Assembly: GCA_027294635.1 (NCBI GenBank) | Contig: JAPULR010000002.1 | Location: 1-24,000 of the forward strand | Length of the DNA stretch: 24,000 nt | Reading direction: 5' to 3' | From: Chloroflexota bacterium | GTDB taxonomy: Bacteria > Chloroflexota > Dehalococcoidia > Lucifugimonadales > GCA-2712585 | In this document: positions 15,710 to 21,163 of the stretch, piece by piece | How positions within the stretch are numbered: the first letter of the stretch is position 1 | Layout: the number at the start of each line of letters is the position of its first letter | Position numbers and translations under genes: made by a program | The notes under the pieces: generated by a model | Told to the model about the DNA's origin: nothing | What the model saw: the letters and a program-made list of their open reading frames with translations, nothing else | Database searches by the model: none

Positions 15710-15810
15710 CTATTCTTGTATCCGATGCCGTCATGTGTCAACCGAGCGTGTTGCATATTTCCTAGGGGGGCTGCGGTAAAATGGCCGTATCACCTTTAGG
15801 AGGAGAGCCC

Positions 15811-16515
15811 GTGACGATAGTTGCCTTGCTTAAGGAATCTGATGATATTTTCTATCTTGGTGCCGATTCCCAATGGACAGACTCGGTGGGCACGAAGACC
15901 TTTAAGACTAAAATTACAGTCCTAAACGGCAAGGGGAATATTGTTGCTTGGGCAACGGCGGGGAACCCCCAAATAGGCGTAGCGGAGTTTGGTAATTGGG
16001 CCAAGAATTATCAGCGCACAGAAACGACGACATGGGAATCGTTTATTACGGATGCAGCAGGAGAGTTTGCACGGCTGAATCGTATTAAGAAAGAGATAGG
16101 AGAGAAAGCTGGGCAGGATATCAACGCCTCCGCTTTTAAACGGGAGCACCTTTGTGAAATGTTAATTTGTGGTTGGCTAAACCATAGAAGTGCTGGTTAT
16201 TTCGTTGGGGACGATGGGAATTATCAGAGCTTGGACCTTCTCGGCATGATGACGATTGGCACAGGTGGCCCATTCGCAGATGCAGTCTATAAGACTAGTC
16301 TCTACTTTCAAAAGAAGTTGGACTTAACTATTCATCAGGCTTTCCAGCACTTGATGGAGATTACATCACGCTATGCTGACCGATGTAGTCTCCCGTATGA
16401 ATTTGTCAAAATCTCTGAAGGGAAACGGGAACTGTTTCGGTCGAAGGAACCTGAGCCTGGTGTAGAGGAAATAAAGCCTGCAAAGCCAGAAGGGAAAGGT
16501 AGCAGTGAGTCGTAA
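15811..16515 (+). CDS. Stand-alone proteasome beta-subunit-like Ntn hydrolase (Anbu/BPH-like candidate)
   Basis: GTG 15811 has AGGAGG (15798-15803) 7 nt upstream and yields Met-Thr-Ile-Val-Ala-Leu-Leu. After Met removal: Thr1, GADS (Asp18), FKTKITVL (Lys31/33), ATAGNPQIG, IGTGGPFA (Ser129 position is Thr) and YADRCS (Asp-x-x-Ser). This spacing parallels 20S beta catalytic residues T1/D17/K33/S129/D166/S169. The C-terminal tail is low-complexity (KEPEPGVEEIKPAKPEGKGSSES). Confidence 0.7.
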   Translation: MTIVALLKESDDIFYLGADSQWTDSVGTKTFKTKITVLNGKGNIVAWATAGNPQIGVAEFGNWAKNYQRTETTTWESFITDAAGEFARLNRIKKEIGEKAGQDINASAFKREHLCEMLICGWLNHRSAGYFVGDDGNYQSLDLLGMMTIGTGGPFADAVYKTSLYFQKKLDLTIHQAFQHLMEITSRYADRCSLPYEFVKISEGKRELFRSKEPEPGVEEIKPAKPEGKGSSES

Positions 16516-16610
16516 CCTTACGCAGACTGCGCACAGTAACCTTGTTCAAGGAGCGTTGACCTTTAAGCCTGGAAAAGCATTTCTCGACTGCCGGTCACTG
16601 TCAGTAAGCC

Positions 16611-18776
16611 TCACCATCCGGGAATCACACGCTTCAGGAACTGAGGCGACCACCAGTTCCAGCGGTCCATAATCCGCATCAGCGCCGGGACCAGGAAGGC
16701 CCGAACCACCGTAGCATCCAATAGTATCGCAATGGCGGTCCCCACACCCAGAGCCTTGACTATGACTATGTCGGCGGTGGCGAAGGCGGCGGCCACCAGC
16801 ACCAGGATCAGAGCGCCGCTGGTTATGATGGGGCCGGTAATCTCCATCCCCTGGGCCACGCTCTGTTCGTTATCCCCGGTGGAATCGTAGACCTCCTTGA
16901 TTCGGCTGAGGAGGAATATCTCGTAGTCCATGCTGAGGCCAAAAATGATGGCGAACAGCAGTATGGGAATGGTGGCCTCGGTGACCCCCTCGGTGGTGAA
17001 GCCCAACAAGCCCTGGAAATGCCCCTGCTGGAAGATGAAGACAAGGGCGCCGTAGCTGGCGAAGATGCTCATCAGGTTCATTATTGTGGCCTTCAGGGGT
17101 AGCAGTACCGATCGGAACAGGACGAAGAGGGCAATGTAAACGGTGACCACCACAAAGATGATGGCGATTGGGAAGGCGCTGTACATTACGTCGATGGAGT
17201 CCATCAGATCGGCGGTGGCGCCCGTTACCATCAGGGAGAAGTCCTGCCCCGGGTCGAAGGAGCGAATTTGGCGGACCAGGTCCCGCGACTCATCCGCCAC
17301 CGGAGTAAACCGGCTGAAGACTCGAATCACCGTTGTGTCTCCGCTGAGGTACTTCTCGACGGCTTCATCGGATGGGAACCCGCTGGGCCGGGTGCCGCCG
17401 TCGGAGAGGTTGGGGGAGATCAGGCTTTCTACCCTGTCCACACTTGGGTCGTTTTGGAGTGTATCGACAAGACTGCGGAGCCGTGTCGTGTTTTCCTCGG
17501 TTAAAGTGTCTCCTGAAAACTGGGCCGCTATGACTATGGGGGCGATAGCTCCCGGCCCCATCCGCTCCGATACTACGTCCCATCCTCGTCTGGAAGGTAC
17601 GTCCTCAGGCAGAACCGTAGCCCAGACTGAGCCCAGGTTCACACCCAGAAAAGGTATACCCAGAGCTACGAGGAAAACCAGCAAGGGTATGGCCACAACC
17701 AAAGGACGCCGCATCACCCCGAGGGCGAGGCGGCGCCATAATCCCCTACCAACGCCGCGGTTGGGGAGGACTGGTTGTGCGTTCACCCTATCGCCTACCA
17801 CCGCCAGAATGGCGGGCAGCAGCGTAAGGGCCACCAGGAGGGAGATCATGATGACCATCACCCCACCCAGGCCCAGGGAGCGGAGCATCATGAAATCGAA
17901 CAAAAGCAGGGAAGACAGTCCCAGCATGGAGGTAAGTCCGGAAAAGAGGATGGTCTTTCCTGAGGTGGCCAGGGTGTGGGCCACGGCTTCCTTCTTTGGG
18001 TGCCGGTTTATCTCTTCCCTGAACCGGCTTACCACCAGCAGGGAATAGTCCACCGCTACCCCCAAGCCCAGGAAGGAGACTATGTTTAGCGCGAATATGG
18101 ACACGTCTGTTACCTGGGCCACGAAAAAGAGGAGAGCCAAAGCCGCCGATACACTTATGGCCCCAACGGCGACGGGGATGCTGGCGGCCACCAGCCCGCG
18201 GAAGACGAAGACGAGGGCAACCAGGACCAGGGGGATGGCTATGATTTCGCCCCGCCGCAGGTCCCGCTCCGAGGCTTTATTTATGTCGGAAAAGATGGCG
18301 ACACCCCCCGTGGTCCACACCTCCAGGTCACCTTCCCCCAGGGAATCTTCCAACTGTGGAAAGGACTCAATAGCCTCATCAATAGATAATCGCAGGGGCA
18401 CCAGAGCGAAGGTAGTTTTCCCGTCGGGGGACACCTGGGAAGGCGTCCCACCGTCGTAGAAGGTCGTGATTTCGCCCACGTCTGGTCGCCCTCTAAGAGG
18501 GGTGAGGACCTTCTCCATCTCGGCTCTATAAGCAGGGTCCTCCGTGGTTATTAACGGGCTCGAGAAGACGACGATTAGGGTTGATTCGGAGGTCCCAAAC
18601 CGGTCTTCCAGAAGGTCAAGAGCACGGCGGGACTCGGTGTCTATATCGCCAAAGCCGCCCTTGAGCTGGGAGGCGACACGGGGTAGGACGGACAGCGAGA
18701 GGAGAAAGACGAGGGCCCAGGCGATGATAATGGGCCAGCGGTACTTGGCCGAGAAAATACCCAGGCGGTAAAACAC
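16611..18776 (-). CDS. MMPL-family (RND superfamily) membrane transporter
   Basis: 721 aa. N-terminus MFYRLGIFSAKYRWPIIIAWALVFLL, two blocks of TM helices each followed by an extracytoplasmic domain, and DYSLLVVSRFREE / MDYEIFLLSRIKE motifs typical of MMPL proteins. Confidence 0.9.
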   Translation of the reverse strand: MFYRLGIFSAKYRWPIIIAWALVFLLSLSVLPRVASQLKGGFGDIDTESRRALDLLEDRFGTSESTLIVVFSSPLITTEDPAYRAEMEKVLTPLRGRPDVGEITTFYDGGTPSQVSPDGKTTFALVPLRLSIDEAIESFPQLEDSLGEGDLEVWTTGGVAIFSDINKASERDLRRGEIIAIPLVLVALVFVFRGLVAASIPVAVGAISVSAALALLFFVAQVTDVSIFALNIVSFLGLGVAVDYSLLVVSRFREEINRHPKKEAVAHTLATSGKTILFSGLTSMLGLSSLLLFDFMMLRSLGLGGVMVIMISLLVALTLLPAILAVVGDRVNAQPVLPNRGVGRGLWRRLALGVMRRPLVVAIPLLVFLVALGIPFLGVNLGSVWATVLPEDVPSRRGWDVVSERMGPGAIAPIVIAAQFSGDTLTEENTTRLRSLVDTLQNDPSVDRVESLISPNLSDGGTRPSGFPSDEAVEKYLSGDTTVIRVFSRFTPVADESRDLVRQIRSFDPGQDFSLMVTGATADLMDSIDVMYSAFPIAIIFVVVTVYIALFVLFRSVLLPLKATIMNLMSIFASYGALVFIFQQGHFQGLLGFTTEGVTEATIPILLFAIIFGLSMDYEIFLLSRIKEVYDSTGDNEQSVAQGMEITGPIITSGALILVLVAAAFATADIVIVKALGVGTAIAILLDATVVRAFLVPALMRIMDRWNWWSPQFLKRVIPGW

Positions 18777-18892
18777 CGAGTTAGAGAGGGTCCGTGGATA
18801 GGATATAGATTTCGCTCATCCCGCTGTAATTGTCTGCTAAGTCAAGAGGGTAAGTAAATCCCAGAGCTATACCATACCAGCCACTAGCATCC

Positions 18893-18921
18893 TTGGTGCC
18901 TCTCAAGAGTGATGCTATACT
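18893..18921 (+). promoter_or_regulatory. Candidate sigma70-type promoter for the citE-like/folB/tauE gene string
   Basis: TTGGTG (18893-18898), 17-nt spacer, TGc-TATACT extended -10 (18913-18921). SD AGGAGA 6 nt upstream of GTG 18964. Confidence 0.5.
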
Positions 18922-18963
18922 GGGCCTCAATCCAAGGCAGGGAAGAATATCAGGAGAGCCACG

Positions 18964-19848
18964 GTGGAGCTGCTAAGAAGCCTACAGTTTGTGCCCGGCA
19001 ATCGCCGCGATATGCTGGAGAAGTCCCGCACCTTTGATGCGGATGTCCTGGTGGCGGACTTAGAGGACTCGGTGCCGCCGGCGGAGAAGGCAGCCGCCCG
19101 TGAGCTGGTGCGAGAGCTGGCGCCATCCCTATCTGGCCGAGACCAGAAGGTTGTGGTGCGGGTAAACTCCCTCGACACGGGCCTGACCGCCGATGAGCTG
19201 GAAGCCATAGCTGGCCCTCACTTGTATGGAGTCAGCCTGGGTAAGGTAGACTCCCCCTGGCATATTCAGGAGTGTCACCGACTGCTGGCGACCCAGGAGT
19301 CTCGCCTGGGGATGGAATCAGGCGTCATCAAAATCATACCGTGGATCGAAAGCGCGGCGGGGATTTTGAGAGCTGCGGATATTGCCAGGGCCTCTCCTCG
19401 GGTGGTGGCCCTGGCCTTCGGCGCCGAAGACTACACCAACGATATGGGGATACAGCGCACCGATGAGGGCGAAGAGGTAAGGCTTCCCAGGTCAATGGTG
19501 CCCATAGTTGCTCAGGCGGCGGGCATAGTGGCCCTGGACACCCCATACGTCAAATTCCGTGACCCTGAGGGACTCCAGCGGGAGGCCGAGGCCGCGCGAA
19601 GGCTGGGGTACAAAGGCAAGTTCGCCATTCACCCGGTCCAGCTAGAGATCATAAACACTGTGTTTAGCCCCAGGGAAGAGGACCTGGAGTACGCCCGTCG
19701 GGTTGTGGAGGCGTGGGAGCAGGCTGAAGCCCAGGGCCGAGGCGCTCTGGCCCTGGATGGCAACATGGTGGACGTTCCCGTGGTGAAGAGGGCCTACAAT
19801 ATTCTTAAGCTGGCAAAGCAGATGGCAAAGAGGGGCCGAAGCGAATGA
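18964..19848 (+). CDS. HpcH/HpaI aldolase / citrate-lyase beta-subunit-like CoA-ester lyase (CitE family)
   Basis: LRSLQFVPGNRRDMLEKSRTFDADVLVADLEDSVPPAEK and AFGAEDYTNDMG match the CitE/malyl-CoA-lyase-like signature regions. Confidence 0.85.
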   Translation: MELLRSLQFVPGNRRDMLEKSRTFDADVLVADLEDSVPPAEKAAARELVRELAPSLSGRDQKVVVRVNSLDTGLTADELEAIAGPHLYGVSLGKVDSPWHIQECHRLLATQESRLGMESGVIKIIPWIESAAGILRAADIARASPRVVALAFGAEDYTNDMGIQRTDEGEEVRLPRSMVPIVAQAAGIVALDTPYVKFRDPEGLQREAEAARRLGYKGKFAIHPVQLEIINTVFSPREEDLEYARRVVEAWEQAEAQGRGALALDGNMVDVPVVKRAYNILKLAKQMAKRGRSE

Positions 19849-19918
19849 TAGATGAGGCTGAGGAGCGAGGAGTCGCCGCCGAGATTCTGGCCTACGGCAC
19901 AGCGGTGGTCGTAGACTG

Positions 19919-20296
19919 ATGGGTAAATCCCCATCCGACAAGATTATCCTGGAGGGGATGCAGTTTTACGCCTATCACGGTCGTAACCCCGAGGAGCGGA
20001 CCCTGGGCCAGCCCTTCGTTGTAGATCTGGAAGCGGAGGTCGACTTAAGGGCCGCCGGAGAATCGGACCACATCGGCGATACGGTGAGCTATACCGACCT
20101 TTATCGGGCCGTCAAAGCGGAGATGGAGGGGCCTGCCAAGAACCTCCTCGAAGGGGTGGCCCATGCCATTGCCCAGCGAATCCTAGACTCCTATTCCGTT
20201 CGAAGCGTCAGGGTAAGGGTAAAGAAGACTAGCCCTCCCATCAAGGACGCCTTTCTCTCCGGTGCTGCTGTAGAGGTGTACCGCTCCAGGGAATGA
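19919..20296 (+). CDS. folB: Dihydroneopterin aldolase
   Basis: DKIILEGMQFYAYHGRNPEERTLGQPFVVDLEAEVDL...DTVSYTDLYRAVK...LLEGVAHAIAQRIL; the 125-aa length fits FolB. Confidence 0.85.
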   Translation: MGKSPSDKIILEGMQFYAYHGRNPEERTLGQPFVVDLEAEVDLRAAGESDHIGDTVSYTDLYRAVKAEMEGPAKNLLEGVAHAIAQRILDSYSVRSVRVRVKKTSPPIKDAFLSGAAVEVYRSRE

Positions 20297-20314
20297 CTCT
20301 CTTCCTCCAAACCT

Positions 20315-21142
20315 ATGCTTGAGTTCTCCAGCGATCTTGCTCTCTGGCAGATCACTATCTTGTCCCTCGTTTCCCTCGTCGTGGGCCTCCTCGGTGGTTT
20401 TGTGGGTCTGGCCCTGGGTACCATGAGGCTTCCCGGCATACTGCTTACCGGACTGAACCCTCAGGTTGCGGCGGGCACCAACATACTGGTCAGTGCTTTG
20501 GCTGCGCTGTCCGGGGGGTACCGGCACTTACGGGAGCGCCGAGTGGACTGGAGTGTTGTCCTCTGGTTAGGGGTACCTTCGGTGGTTGGAGCTTTCGTTG
20601 GAGGTTTGTTCAGCGGTGAGGTGCCCGCGAGCTTGCTAATCTCCCTGGTCGGGCTTCTGGTGCTGTGGCAGGGGATTGAATTTTTGGGTTTACGCCGGCG
20701 CCTACTAGGTCAATCTCAGACTAAGGGGGCCGTATCAGCTACGGTGGATAACCCCCGTTCTCACAGGGCAGAGAAGACCACCGCAGGCACTTTTGGCCTG
20801 AGCATCGGGTTGCTGGGCGGCGCCGTGGGGCTGATCCTTGGCAGCTTGCGCCTTCCCCTGATGATCAGAATCATGCGTATGGACCCTCGCAAGGCCGCGG
20901 GCTCCAATCTAATCATAGGGGCTTCCCTGGGCCTTTTCGGGTTCGCAGGCCACGGCATTCGAGGGGAGGTAGACCTGCCCCTGCTGCTGTCCATGGGGCT
21001 AGCGGGCATGGTGGGTTCCTACGTAGGGGCCAGATATACGGGCCGGGTCAGCATCGACTCCCTGATGCTGGTGCTGGCTTGGGTTCTTGCCATCGTCGGG
21101 ATAATCCTGGTAGGCCAGGGAATCCTGGAGGCCCTAGACTAG
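20315..21142 (+). CDS. TauE/SafE-family sulfite/organosulfonate exporter-like membrane protein
   Basis: Two-fold repeated polytopic membrane protein with GGFVGLALGTMRLPGILL and GGAVGLILGSLRLPLMI repeats and AAGTN / AAGSN motifs typical of TauE/SafE. Confidence 0.85.
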   Translation: MLEFSSDLALWQITILSLVSLVVGLLGGFVGLALGTMRLPGILLTGLNPQVAAGTNILVSALAALSGGYRHLRERRVDWSVVLWLGVPSVVGAFVGGLFSGEVPASLLISLVGLLVLWQGIEFLGLRRRLLGQSQTKGAVSATVDNPRSHRAEKTTAGTFGLSIGLLGGAVGLILGSLRLPLMIRIMRMDPRKAAGSNLIIGASLGLFGFAGHGIRGEVDLPLLLSMGLAGMVGSYVGARYTGRVSIDSLMLVLAWVLAIVGIILVGQGILEALD

Positions 21143-21163
21143 GTTACGAACCGTTTGGCCCGT

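Noticed and set aside
15781-15810. ATG 15781 as start of the proteasome-like protein
   Set aside because: No SD lies upstream of 15781, whereas AGGAGG sits at ideal distance from GTG 15811. Only the GTG start places Thr directly after the initiator Met, as an Ntn hydrolase lacking a propeptide requires. An N-terminal 10-residue propeptide cannot be fully excluded.
17143-18048. 301-aa + strand ORF, plus several shorter ones (17268, 17775, 18082, 18544), inside the MMPL gene
   Set aside because: They lie entirely antisense to a well-supported 721-aa MMPL CDS in about 70% GC DNA, where long stop-free antisense frames arise by chance. The products are Arg/Ser/Thr/Pro-rich low-complexity sequences with no recognisable motifs.
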